A DNA stretch of 64,000 nt from Eledone cirrhosa. Taxonomy: Eukaryota. The stretch spans positions 152,272,001 through 152,336,000 of the forward strand of contig OZ024741.1 of the NCBI GenBank assembly GCA_964016885.1, read 5' to 3'. Shown in pieces: positions 1 through 31,689 of the stretch (positions are counted from its first letter, which is position 1; the number at the start of each line of letters is the position of its first letter). Both the position numbers and the translations under genes were made by a program. The notes under the pieces were generated by a model. The model was not told the DNA's origin. It saw only the letters and a program-made list of their open reading frames with translations, and made no database searches.

Positions 1-109
1 TAGCTAGGAATTTCTTTTGTAGTTGTCTCACTATGAGGCCCTTTGTGGTGCACCTCCCTGTCACAAAACTATATATATATATAAATATACAGTATGCAGC
101 AAACAACCA

Positions 110-1115
110 CAAGAGACAAGTGCTATCAAAATCTGGGAAGGCTCGATAGAAACAGTAGACAGCTTCTGCTACCTGGGTGACTGAATTAGCAGTGGAGGTG
201 GGTGTTCTGAAAGGCAGTAGCCAGAATAAGAATGGGATTGAAAAAATTCAGGGAGCTACTACCACTGCTGGCTACGAAAGGCTTTTCCCTCAGAATGAAA
301 GGCAGACTGTGATGCATGCATACGGACAGCAATGTTGCATGGTAGTGAGACCTGGGTGCTGTGTGCAGAAGGCTTGCTTAGATTGGAAAGAAATGAAGCT
401 TGCATGCTCCAATGGATGTGTAATAGCAATATACGTGAACGGCAAAGCATAAATGAACTGAGAGAGAAACTAGGCATAAGAGGAATCAAATGCTGTGTGC
501 AAGAGAGATTACGTTGATATGGACATGTGATGAATATGAAGGATGACAGCTGCATAAAAGGTGCAGAGCACTCAAAGTTGATGGAAGCCTTGAAGTGGGG
601 AGATCTAGAAAGAATGGGATAAGGTGATAAAAGCTGACCTTGCACCTCTGAAAGGCGATGAAACAGGACCAAGATCTCTGGCGTTACGCAGTAATACAGA
701 CGACCCAACTTCCCAGACACAGACCGAAACTGAAGCATATATACAGTATGCACCACCCCACCCTCCCATACATCTCTCATAAGGACAGGCTGAAGTATAC
801 ATCCAGTGAAGCCCCCAACCCACACTGTAAAGTGGTCATGATGGTGACACTGTAAAGTGGTCCTGTAAGTATCACGAAAAAAGCACCCAGTCCACACTGT
901 AAAATGGTCATGTAGGTGACAAAACGCACCCCAGTACTCACTGTAAATGAGGTTGGCATTAGGAAGGGTATCCAGCTGTAGAAACCAAGCCAAAATCAGT
1001 TCTGTATGAGCAAGACATGGTCACCTGACCTAGCATAGCCCACAACAAGACAACTCATCTAACCCATGCTAGCGTAGAAAAATGGATGTAAAATGGTGAT
1101 GTTGATGATGATGAT
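110..1115 (+). mobile_element. RTE-clade LINE, degenerate 3' part (long-3'UTR type B)
   Basis: F.YLG, MLHGSETW, LERNE..MLQWMC and ERLR.YGHV remnants; ends in acccatgctagcgt and (gat)n. Confidence 0.85.
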
Positions 1116-1951
1116 ATATATATATATAGAGAGAGAGACAGAGATAGAGCGAGAAGGGTGTGCATGACTAAATGCTTAAGGAGTGTAGCACCTCATGCAA
1201 GTGTCTTCTACTATAGCCTTGGGTTGACCAATGCTCCTTGTGAGTGGAATTTTGTATATAGAAACACCACCTCCAACAACAATACCAGTGTTGCCAAAAC
1301 CATACTCAACATCACTACAACCACCATGACTGATTACCACTCATCCAGCCAACACCATAAAAAAACCATCATTACCACCAACACCTCCAACCACTAACAC
1401 CATCAACACCAGCCACCACAACACATGTGAATAACATTATTTATTCTTTGAAAAATGAAAAAGTAAGATAAAAAAAAAACTGTGTGTGTGTCAGTGTCTG
1501 AAGAGACAAACACAAACAGACTAAATTACTAGAGAAGTAAGCAGATGAGGCAGGGTGGTGAGTGGATGGTTCTAGTTTCTCACTTGATTCCCCACTCTCT
1601 TGGCAATAAGGGGTGCCTTTGTCTGATATATATATATATGTATATATAGAAAGAGAGAGAGAGAAAGGCCTATGAATCAGGACACAAACACACATACACA
1701 TATACATATATATGTGTATGTGTGTGTTTGTGTACACATTCCTCCCTGGTGAGATATGCACCTCCCAACATAATGTAGTTGTTAGTGAGTTTAAAATTAG
1801 AGCTACACAAACTCAGACGCAAAAGGCAACTTGGATGAGAAGGACATGGAAGTTGAAAGAGCCCTGGACTTGTAATAAATTCAGAAATGTTTTGGTTAAT
1901 GTCAAGGAAGTAAAAATAGACTTACAACATAGAACAATAGCAATTTCTTAA

Positions 1952-2160
1952 CCCTTTAATGTTCAAACCGGCCAAAACCGGCCAGAATTCTCTACCTGTT
2001 TCTGTTGAAACTGGCTGTAACTGGTCACTCAAACTGATGTTAAGGTATTGTTCTCAAAATAAATACTTTCAAAATCTCATAGATTCGATATTATGTGAGA
2101 TGAAGCATTTACCATGAAAATATAATAGTATATATATAGAGTAATGTGAATGCTAAAGGG
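1952..2160. mobile_element. piggyBac-like MITE
   Basis: TTAA|CCCTTTA...TAAAGGG|TTAA; related copies at 16945-17139 and 57570-57787. Confidence 0.7.
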
Positions 2161-2807
2161 TTAAAGATGGGTTAGTGTAAGGTCCTAAAAATACAGAGGG
2201 TAACATGGTGGTGGGGAACAGTAAGATAGACCCTGCTAATGATACTCAAGGACAAAGTGGTAGCATTAAATTGGACAATAGAGTGGACTTTGATAAGGAC
2301 CAGGTGGTGGTGTTAAACAGGGCAGTGGATTAAGCCTACCAACCAAAAATCTAGGATTAATGTGCGCTTCATTTTTTTATGATGTAGGGTGTAACTAAAT
2401 TAATATTTGACTGTTATTTCTAGCAGGTCTTGTTACTTAGGCCCATGTTAGCCATGATTTAGCAGACCTATAATTAAAGACATTCCAATTATGACCAATC
2501 CATCTTTTTTTCAGACACAGTGTATTTAACTCTACTTTATCTAATGTAACTGACCTTCCTTAGTATACTAACAATCACACACAGGCATACATGTTTATAC
2601 TCAAGGGTGTGTGTATATATAGACTAGACATTGGTCAGCAATAATTGAAGGCCAAATTCCAGTCTGGCTATATTTTAATTAATTGGCAGGAGAATGTTAA
2701 TCATTACTGTTGTGGTCATTGACACACAATTTGACCTCATTTACACCAGACTGACCAGTTGGTCTATAGCTATTTATATACATATATATTGGTAGGTGTG
2801 TATGTAT

Positions 2808-3192
2808 GTCATCATCATCAAGTATACTTTTCCATGCTTGCATGGGTTGGACGGGTCCTTCTCAGCATGGCATCTCTCCATTTGTTGCATTCCTTTGTCA
2901 TCTCCTCTGCCAGTCTTAGCAATTTGAAGTCCGCTCTCACAACCTCTTCCCAGGTCTTTTTTGGTCGACCTCTATTGTGGCTTCTTTCCACTAGTATTTC
3001 CTGCCATTTCTTCATCCATCGGTCATTGTCCATGCACATCACATGTCCATACCAACACAGTCTTATTTCCTGCATACCATCTTGGATTGCCCTTAAGCCC
3101 AGCTTCTCTCTTGGCTCATCCAAACTCTGCCATTCTCTCACATTTACATTGCACATCCAACAAAACATGTTTGCTTCATTTCTCTCCAGCCT
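2808..3192 (-). mobile_element. RTE LINE 3' end (short-3'UTR type A)
   Basis: ORF 2818-3168 has RLCWYGHV and RGRPKKTW; ends acccatgcaagcatggaaaa then (tga)n. Confidence 0.85.
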
Positions 3193-3262
3193 ATATATAT
3201 AATAAGCATTTTTAGAAGAAACAGGGAGCTGTGTGGTTACTGGATAAAGTGTATTTAGAAAT

Positions 3263-3357
3263 AAGAGGAAAGCACAAATGGGGGATGTTTCCCATCATCA
3301 GTAATCTCCAGCAGACAACTGATGATGGGAAATATCCCCCGTTTGTGCTTTCCTCTT
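3263..3357. repeat. 40-bp inverted repeat with a 15-nt loop, inside a ~175-bp insert flanked by (TA)n
   Basis: aagaggaaagcacaaatgggggatgtttcccatcatcagt (3263-3302) versus its reverse complement at 3318-3357, 2 mismatches. Confidence 0.9.
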
Positions 3358-3574
3358 CTCTCTCTCACTCTTTCCGTATATATATATATATACATATGTG
3401 TATGTGTGTGTGTATTATCACCATCTTCTATATTTTTTTTCCCCACGCCGCCTCTCGTAATCTTTTATCATCTCTGTGAGATTCAGTATTTTGAAATCAG
3501 CTCTAACCACATCTGCCCTGGTTTTTCTCAGTGTTTCTCTACTGCAGCTTCCTTCCATGAATGTGTCTGTATAT

Positions 3575-5820
3575 CATCATCATCATTTAATGTCCATTTT
3601 CTTGCATAGGTTAGACAGGTTGCCACATTATGAGACGAATCAGGTCAGGAGACCATGTTTGCTCATACAGATCTGTATTTTGGCTTGGTTTCTACAGCTG
3701 GATGCCCTTCTTAATACCAACCATGTTACAGTATGGACCGTGTGCTTTTTGTCGTTGCACCAAAGTGACCATCTAACAGGGTGGACTGGGTGCTCTTTGT
3801 CATGTCATCAGCACAACCACCTTACAGGGTGACTGGGCGCTTTTTGTTGTCACCAGCACGACCACCTTACAGGGTGGACTGGCCTTTTTTCTTCGTGTCA
3901 CTAGCACAACCACCTTACAGGGTGGACTGGGTACTTTATCTCGCATTACCCACACAACATCCATACCAGGTGGATTGGGGACTTCCTGTCATGTCACCAT
4001 CAGAACCATCTTATAGAGTGGATTTAGGTGCTTTTGTTATTGTGGCACCAGTTTGCCATACAGGGTGTACAAATTACTTGTCATGACAGCAACGTTATGA
4101 GAATGGGGAGTAGATTTGGAGTGACTCCAGCTTTCCATGCTCGTATGCATGGGTTGGTAGGGACAGGAGACATACTGCAGGAGTGTGGAAGATGGGGAAG
4201 GGAGGGAATATGCAAGTTGGACATGGATGGAGTGAGTGGAATATTTAGTTTATGATGGTAGGGTATTATGACTGGGAAGGGTGAATGGGAGATGGGCAAG
4301 GAGACGATTGGTGTCCTCTACATGTTTGTTTCATCCTGTGCATATGGGATGTTAGGTCTTCTGTAGTACAGTATAATCTCGGAGATCTTGATTCTTGAGA
4401 GGTTTCATTGTGATCTTGATCTTTGAGAGGTTTCATTGTGTAAGGTCAGCTTTTATCACTTCATCTCAAGCTTTCCTAGGTCTTCCTCTTTCATAGCTTC
4501 CATCAACTTTGAGCATCCTGCATCTTTTTATACAGCTGTCATCATGTTTACACTACCACAATCTCTTTTCCTGCACAATGCATTTGACCCATCATGCCCA
4601 GTTTCTCTCTCAGTTCATTGACACTTCATCATTTATGCACACTACTATTACACATCCATTTGAGCATGCAAGCTTCATTTTTTTCCAATCTTCATAGGTT
4701 CTCTGCATATTGTGCCCAGGTCTCACATCCATGTGGCATTGCTGTACATCCTTTGTACATGGCTTGAACTGCCCTCACAAGCCACTCATCCACCCCTAGT
4801 CTTCTAAGAGCCCACCAGATTATGGAGTAAGGACTCTGTCAAAAGCTTTCTCCAGGTCAACAAATGCCAAGTAGAGGGGCTTAATTTTGGCTAGGTACTT
4901 CTGAAATTACTTCACAAGGAAGAAGGCATCAGTGATACTTTTATCAAGCAAAAATCCGAACTGCATTTCATCTACTTTAATTTGGTCCCTAATCAGCGGT
5001 GCAATAACTCTTGCTGTATATATATCATCATCATCATTTGTTTAACATCCATTTTCAAATCTAGCATGGGTTAGACGGATTGTCCCTTCAGAGGCAAGTT
5101 GGGTCAGGTGAACGTGCCTTGCTCATACAGGACTGTTTCTGACTAGATTTCTACAGTTGGATGGCCTTCCTAACGCCAACCATATTTACAGTGTGCTGAG
5201 TGCTTTTTGTCATGTTTCCTACACAACCACTTTACAGTGTGGAGTGGGTGCTTTTAGTCGTGACACCTACATGACCACCTTACAGCATGGGCTGAGTGCT
5301 TTTTGTTGGGGCTTACTTTTAGCTAGGTATTTCTTGCAGTTGCCTTACAAGGAAGAGAGCATCCATGGAACTTTTGCCTGGCACTTATCCAAACTGCATT
5401 TCATCAAGTTTAATTCAATCCCTAATCAACTATGCAATAACTCTTTCTGTGACCTTCATGACCTGGTAAACCAACTTAATGCCTCTAGAGTTCTCTCTAT
5501 CTAGAGCGTCTCCTTTGCCCTTGTAGCAGTTGACAAGGATGTTGCTACGCCAGTCATTGGGTAAGACACCATTTTGTATAACTTGGTTTACTATACGGGT
5601 AACTATGGTGTGTCCCACCATTCTAGACGCTTTCAGCATTTCAGCAATTATCCCCAAAGGACCTGCTGCCTTGCCTGTCTTCATATCTTTGATTGCCTTA
5701 CTTACTATACTACTACTAACTTGCACAGCTGGTCCCTCTTTTGGGTCAACTTGTGGCAGACTGTCTTCATCCCATTCATTCTCCTCATTTAGTAGTCTTT
5801 CATAGTGACACTTCCATACT
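3575..5820 (-). mobile_element. Cluster of degenerate RTE LINE fragments and 3' tails, including a ~40-bp tandem array (3720-4080)
   Basis: ORF 5430-5726 has MKTGKAAGP and CYKGKGDAL; DLEKAFDR remnant near 4840; repeated gtggactgggtgcttttt...accaccttacag units. Confidence 0.75.
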
Positions 5821-7354
5821 ACCTTGATATATATATATCATCATTTAACATCCGCTGAAGTAGGGCTACTGACCTCCCAGACAGGCTGAGGTGTCTGTAT
5901 CCTGCTTACATATGGTCATATCAAGTGAAGAGGAGAAATTGTCATATCTTTGACAAACTGAAGAGTCCTCCTAACCCCTTGTTTGGCAAGCTTTCTACAG
6001 CTAGATGCCCTTCCTAACCCCAACCACTTTACAGCGTGTACTGATTGTTTTTATTGTGTATATCACCAGAATAGGGAGGCTGTCTACAGCAGGCTGCCCT
6101 TCCTGTTGCCAACCACCTTTATGGAGCGTACTGGGTGCATTTTTGTGGCACTATCACTAGAGAGGTTGTTAGTCATTGACCCAACTGTAGAGCCCTTCAG
6201 CTCTGGGGAAGGGGTTGATAGGTATGAAATTATAGGTGCATGTGGGGATTTGGCAGGACAATGAGTAAAGGGTAGAGGTGGTTGATTAGTGTATGGGGAT
6301 TTAGTAGTGTGAGGAAACACATAAGCAAGACATAGTTGTCTGACCTGCTTGTCTATCCTCAGAACATGACATAAACTGGTGATGATTATATGTATGTATA
6401 TATGTGTGTGTGTATGTGTATGTGTGTATGGAAAGGCACCCAGCCATAGAAAGCTTGCCAACCAAAGAATTGGGAGGATCTTCAGTTGTGTCAAAGACAT
6501 GACATCCTCTCTTGACATGGTGCCACAATAAATGCACTTGGTAGAATGTGGAATATACTTAAGTGAGCTGCAAACCCTCAACCTGTCTGGGAGGTCAGTA
6601 GCCCCGCTTCTGCTCTGAATCCGTCTGTGAAGACCCAAACAACCCTTGATGGCAGGAAAAGCAGATGTTAAATGATGATATATGCACACATGATCTGTAT
6701 ATTTAATTTGAAATAGGTACACCATATCCTTGCATGTTGTAAAAGGCGACGAAAAGAGTTGGCAACAGGAAGAGTTTCTGGCTTTAAAACATTACCTCAA
6801 AAAGGTGCTTATGATGAACATGATGCTTTTCTTAGGGCCCATTAGGCTAACTCCATCATTATCATTTTTACATCTACATTCCTATGGTTGCATAGGTAGG
6901 ATGGGTCCTTTGCAGCACAGCCTCCCTCTACTTCTAGCATTCCTTCAACATCTCCACTGTGAGATGCATCATTTTGAGATTAACTCTGCCTAGGTTTTTC
7001 TCACTCTTCCTCTACCACAGCTTCTACACTGGCATTACTTGGCACTTCATCCAGTGTTCATCATCTATATGTATCATATCTTCCCTCTTGAACACTATGT
7101 CTGATTCTTCTCATACCCAGATTTTCTCTCAGTTTATCACACCTTGTTGTTCAATGCACACTCACATTGCACATTTATCAGAGCATACTAATTTCTCTTT
7201 AACTTCCTTATATCCTCTGCATTTACTACCCATGCCTCACTACCATGCAACTTTGCACATTTTATACAGGCATTATCACCATCATTATGAAATTGTCAAA
7301 GAAATATTATTTTCAATAATGCTAATAGTATTATCCTTTTATTTCATATTACAG

Positions 7355-26692
<19,338 letters not shown>

Positions 26693-26754
26693 ACCAAACC
26701 ACAATACCATTTCATCAGACAATTTATTATTATTATTTTTTTTAAATCATTATT

Positions 26755-29390
26755 AGGGTGGTAGATTGCCAGACTCATTTGAATATCTGACAAAATGCTT
26801 AGCAGCATTTATGTATGGCACTTTACATCCTGTGTTCAAATCCCGCCACGATCAATTTTGCTGTTCATACTTTCAGGGTCGATAAAATAAAGTGCCAATC
26901 AAGCACTAGAGGTGATTTAATTGACTATCCCCTCCTCCAAAATTGATGGCTTTGTACCTAAATCAGAAACCATTATTGTAAGGTGTCAAAATGGCAGAGC
27001 CGTTAGAGTGATAAATAGAATGCCTTGCAATATTTCTGAGTTCATGTCCCACTGCAGTCAATCAACTTTACTTTTAATCTTTTTCGGAAATGGGTATATA
27101 AAGTACCAGTCATGTATTGGGGAGGATTTTACTTTCTTAAGATTGTTAGATTAACTGAAATGTTACAAGAACAGTCCAAAGAGTTTGTGGCATTTAATTA
27201 TGATTCTTTACATTCTAATTTCGAATCTTACCAAATTCAACTTTGCCTTTCATAATTCCAGGTTTGATAAAATCAAGTACTGGGGTTGATTAATTAACTG
27301 TTTTCCTTCATTAAAATTTGTAGCCATGTGCCTATGTTATATTATTATTATTTTCTGGTTGTGTGCCTAAATTAGCAGCTTTTATTTACTATCATTGTTG
27401 AGGATGATGGATTGGAAGAAATGTTTTGAAGTATTTCTTATGGATTTTGACATTCTAAGTTCACATCCCACCAAGGTTAATTTTGCCCTTCATCTTTCCA
27501 GAGCCATTAAAATAAAGTAACACTTCAGTACTAGAATTGATTTAGTCAACTTACCCCTACCCTTTAAAACTGGTGGCCTTGTGCCTAAATTAGAAACCTC
27601 TGTTATTGATTTTCGTTTTTGCTGTATTTTTGCCCCCCTCCCCTCTTATATTTCATCTTTGTTAGCACCACCCACACCATTTCTGCCACATTGAAGACAC
27701 TATAGTAGCTTGCTAGAAATAGCAGCTAGATCTTCCTTAAATCACACCCTTCTGGGATACAATATGTCCTGAAAATAACATCCTTGTTCTTAACTCTGTT
27801 CAATCAAGGCTGAACTAGGGCAGAACAACAATCTCTGCTACAATTAAGAATTGTAAACAAACCTACGAGTCAGTGGAGCATCAAACAAAATGCCTTGTAT
27901 TTATGTTTTATTGACCTCGGAGGAATGAAAGGCAAAGCTGATTGTTATACAACCACTGCTTTTTGTGGGTGTGAGCAGTACTTCCCCTGTGATAACTATT
28001 TCCAGCTAAGCTGACTGTGCCATTGGTAGTTTAGTGTTTTACCTGTTGGCTATTGATACCCATTACTGCAATGCAGGTGTGGAATAGGAACCTGTACAGT
28101 CAGTACACAACACTAATGATTGCAATGTCTAGGACTCACTGTTTGTCACCTTTCGTTAATTACGTTTTTACACCTGTCATAAAAATACACACCTGTAGAG
28201 AAAGAAATATATTCAAATTAGTCAAAGAGATGATACAGTTCCATGGATCCACCCTCGGCCTAATTTGAATTCAGAACAATTACTATAAGGCATTTGTCTA
28301 TCTGCCACTCTGACAACTCAACCAACTGACTACCTTGTATATGTTTGTGTGATGGTTATATATATATATATGTACACATACACTCACATATATATAAATG
28401 AATTAATTAACTTGAGAAGTATTGAAATGGGTGCATCCCAATGCAAATGATCATAATATTCAATCACTATAAGAGAAAATTAGGTCAAGTTCCATCTCCA
28501 GGGTAACATTACCCAATTTTCCAAACTATTATTAGGGTCATTTACATTAATACACATTTCAAATTTTCCCAATGTTTCTTAAGTCAATTGCTTTATATAT
28601 ATATTTATGTGTGTATATATAAAGATACATAAACTCCTTAAATATTTCACCTGAACAAATTCAACAATTTCTCAAAATGAATTCATTTGATTTTATTTTT
28701 AATATATCTTTTTTGTTGCTGTATTTCCATTTTAATTACCTTAAAAATATTTTTTAAAGTTCGTTACCACCCCCTCCTATTTTTTGTTAGTTAAATTTAT
28801 TATTAGTGCTGTTGTAACTGTTTCAAGAAATATTTTTAATTTATACAATAATTCCAGAGTTGACTTCCGCTCTCTTCCTTTCCAGGATGAGGGTCAATAA
28901 AATAGCAGTTATGTACTGGGGTCGATATAATTAATTTTTCCCTTCCCTCAAATTGCTGGCCTTGTGCCTAAATTAGAAACCTTTATTATGAAGACATTAC
29001 AGAATTGCTACAGCATTGTTTAAAATACTTAGTAGTATTTAAGTTTCTTTATGCTCAGAGTTTAAATCATTGCTGGCTCCAACTTTGCTTTTTATACTTT
29101 TAGAGTTGATAAAATAAAGTACCACTCAAATACTGGAATTGATTTAATCGGTTGACTCCTTGAAGTAAATTTTTTGGTCTTGTACCCTACATTAGAAATT
29201 ATATTATTAATAGGGTTGTGGTATTTCTTTCAGTTGTTTAAATTTTGATTTCAAATTCCACCAAGGTTAACTTTACCTTTCATCTTTCTCAGGTTGATAA
29301 AATAAGTACCAGTCAAATACTGGCGTCGATATAATCAACTGCCCCCCTCCCCCCTCCAAATGACTGGCCTTGTGCTAAATTAAAAATTAA
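26755..29390 (+). repeat. Array of degenerate tRNA-SINE copies in the inferred DBNL 3'UTR
   Basis: Repeated ttcaaatccc..ctttcatc..gataaaataaagtaccag..ggccttgtgcctaaattagaaac units at about 26755-27600 and 28860-29390. Confidence 0.75.
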
Positions 29391-29592
29391 TGTGACACAA
29401 TGTATCAGAGTCAGACGTTTGAGAGGATATTCAATTGACTAAACAACTGAATGGAGGAGGATCCATCATACATTTTTTATTATTGTTACCAAATTGTTGA
29501 AATACTTGGATCAATAATGAAACTGTTTAAATTTGATTTCATTTGTAATATTTTTTTTAATAAATTTTCTCCCATATCAATTGGAATGTAAA

Positions 29593-29640
29593 AATAAATA
29601 AATGTTGAAAAGTAAATTAAAATAATTCATGTTTTGTTTT
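29593..29640 (+). terminator. Candidate DBNL polyadenylation signal
   Basis: Overlapping AATAAA hexamers at 29593-29602 followed by a GT/T-rich tract (gttttgtttt, 29631-29640). No transcript evidence. Confidence 0.3.
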
Positions 29641-30679
29641 ATTTAATTCATTGATTATCTTGAATAGAATTTTATCTCAGAGTTTTGAGGAAGAAAATGT
29701 TCAGTTTCTATATATATCATCTTTCCATGATGCTGTGAGTTTACTGGGTCAGCTCTTATTCAAGGGTTACTACATCCACTCCCTGATGGGACAGATTAGT
29801 TTCTATGCTAGCTGTCTTTCCTAACACTGACAACCTTACAAAGTGTACTCTATTGTGGAGAGTTTGTGACTGAATGGTCCTCTCTAATATACTCTTACTC
29901 TCCAATTACCAACCACTTTACAAAGTCTACTGGGTGCATTTTATTATGACACCAGCATTAAAGAGGTTGCCTTGACTCCTGCAAGGCTAAAGGGTACTAC
30001 ATATTTGACAAAGTTGAAGTGAGCCTGACAATGAAAGACACTGCTACTGCTCTATTTTCTTGACTGCCTGCCATAAAGTTGCTCACTAGCACACTACAAT
30101 ATTTGGCCCACATAAGTTCTGCATCCTATATCTGCCATATCTACTGTTCTTTAGGGATGTGTAATATTGCTTTTAGCACACATTTTGTCTACTGCTCTAG
30201 GTTCTGTAGTAACCACTATTCTGGGCCCTCTCCCAGAATGTCAGTTTTGTGAAATTATTTCTATGCTTGTTTTTTCGGCAACCATTAACTTTCAACAAGA
30301 GCAGTAATAAATATGTTCATATTGCTAGTCTTGAGAGGCTGTAAAGACCATGAGCAAAATTCCTTAATTGAGTCCAAACCAATAGGAAAATATTCTATCA
30401 ATTCTGTTTGTCTAATTCCCTGAGTGCCTTTTTATCTATCCATCTGCTAGTATGTCAGAAGGAAAAAAAAGACAATCAACTTATCTGTCAGTCTTTCTAT
30501 CTATCTATTCATCTCTACCTTTATCTCTACTTTTCTATATATCTGCCTGATTTCATAGATTGAAAATGCATACAAAGACATCAAAATCATTTAAGATAAT
30601 GAAACAGATTTTGTGGATTTGCAGAGCACCAGAGAAAATACTTTATGGTATTTAGTTACAGCTGTTTGTAATATATTCT

Positions 30680-31215
30680 AGGGCGGGTAAAATTCTTGAG
30701 ATCCATGGACGAGTTCTCTCCAGCGGTCTCTGTCCTTAGGGCATCAACATACGTTAACCTTGGTCTTCCTCTTCCAGTGTGTCCATGTACGGGCTCCCAC
30801 ATGAGCACTAAGTGCAATATCAACTCTGGATGTCCAGCTAACCTCAGTCTCCTGTGTCACTTTTGAGCTGACTTTTGGGAGGCTCCCATACAGCTCTGAG
30901 TTTTTCATCCTCAGTGTATACTGATTAATGCTCAGACCCGTACAGCAATGAAGAGGCGGATTTTCAGGTCTTTACGAAGGTCCGACTTCCACACCGATCT
31001 CAAGCTAAGGAGGATATTAGAGGGAGCTAGAGCAAAGTGCCTTCCTGCAGTCATGGTTTTCATTGACTTTAGGAAGGCCTTTGATTCTGTGGACTGTCAC
31101 TGCCTGATGAAGATCTTACAGGCTTATGGAATCCCCAAGAAGATAGTGGACCTGATATCACTGCTCTACACCAACACCAAGTCATTACACCTGATGGGAT
31201 GACAGAGTTCTTTGT
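30680..31215. mobile_element. RTE LINE with an inverted 5' segment
   Basis: 30680-30948 is the C-terminus on - (LLYGSE, RLRLAGH, GRGRPRLTYVD); 30950-31215 is an upstream RT segment on + (FIDFRKAFDSV...YGIP). Confidence 0.7.
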
Positions 31216-31235
31216 AATATATACTATGTATATAT

Positions 31236-31421
31236 GGCGGTGGATTGGCAGTATCGGTAGAGGGTCGGACGCCATGCTTTCCAGCATAGTTACGTCCCTT
31301 TACGATCTGAGTTCAAATCCCACCGAGGTTGACTTTGCCTTTCATCCTTACGGGGGGTCGATAAAATAAAGTAGCAGTAATGAACTGGATTATTGCTGGC
31401 CTTGTGCCTAAAATAGAAACA
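31236..31421 (+). mobile_element. tRNA-derived SINE
   Basis: Near-identical to 7451-7642. Confidence 0.85.
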
Positions 31422-31689
31422 AATATATACTATGTATAAATATAATTTTTTTTATTTTACTATATTTATATATAAATATAATAAAATAAAAAATATGATA
31501 TTTATTTAAAAAGTATATATATTATTTACAATGTGTGTGCAGGTCTCTCTGGAAATAGGGTTGGGGATGCTGAGGGAAGCAGTGGCCCCAAAAGTTTGAG
31601 AACCTCTGATATATATCATCATTGTTGTTTAATGTCTGCTTTCCACGCAAGCATGGGTTATATATTTATATCTATGTGGTTGACGGTTG

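Noticed and set aside
259-993. 244-aa minus-strand ORF and similar ORFs (62358-62858, 62898-63299, 46105-46467)
   Set aside because: Antisense frames of RTE LINE sequence
6084-6725. 213-aa minus-strand ORF
   Set aside because: Runs through retroposon tails and a (CA)n microsatellite; no domain or splice support
1-7354. Search for the DBNL start exon (and for the PI4K2 start exon in 55457-64000)
   Set aside because: No matching exon found; both regions are mostly TE-derived, so the start exons probably lie outside the window
30030-30460. Unique-looking segment with a minus-strand acceptor-like site
   Set aside because: Stops in all frames and no recognisable homology; cannot be called an exon or pseudogene
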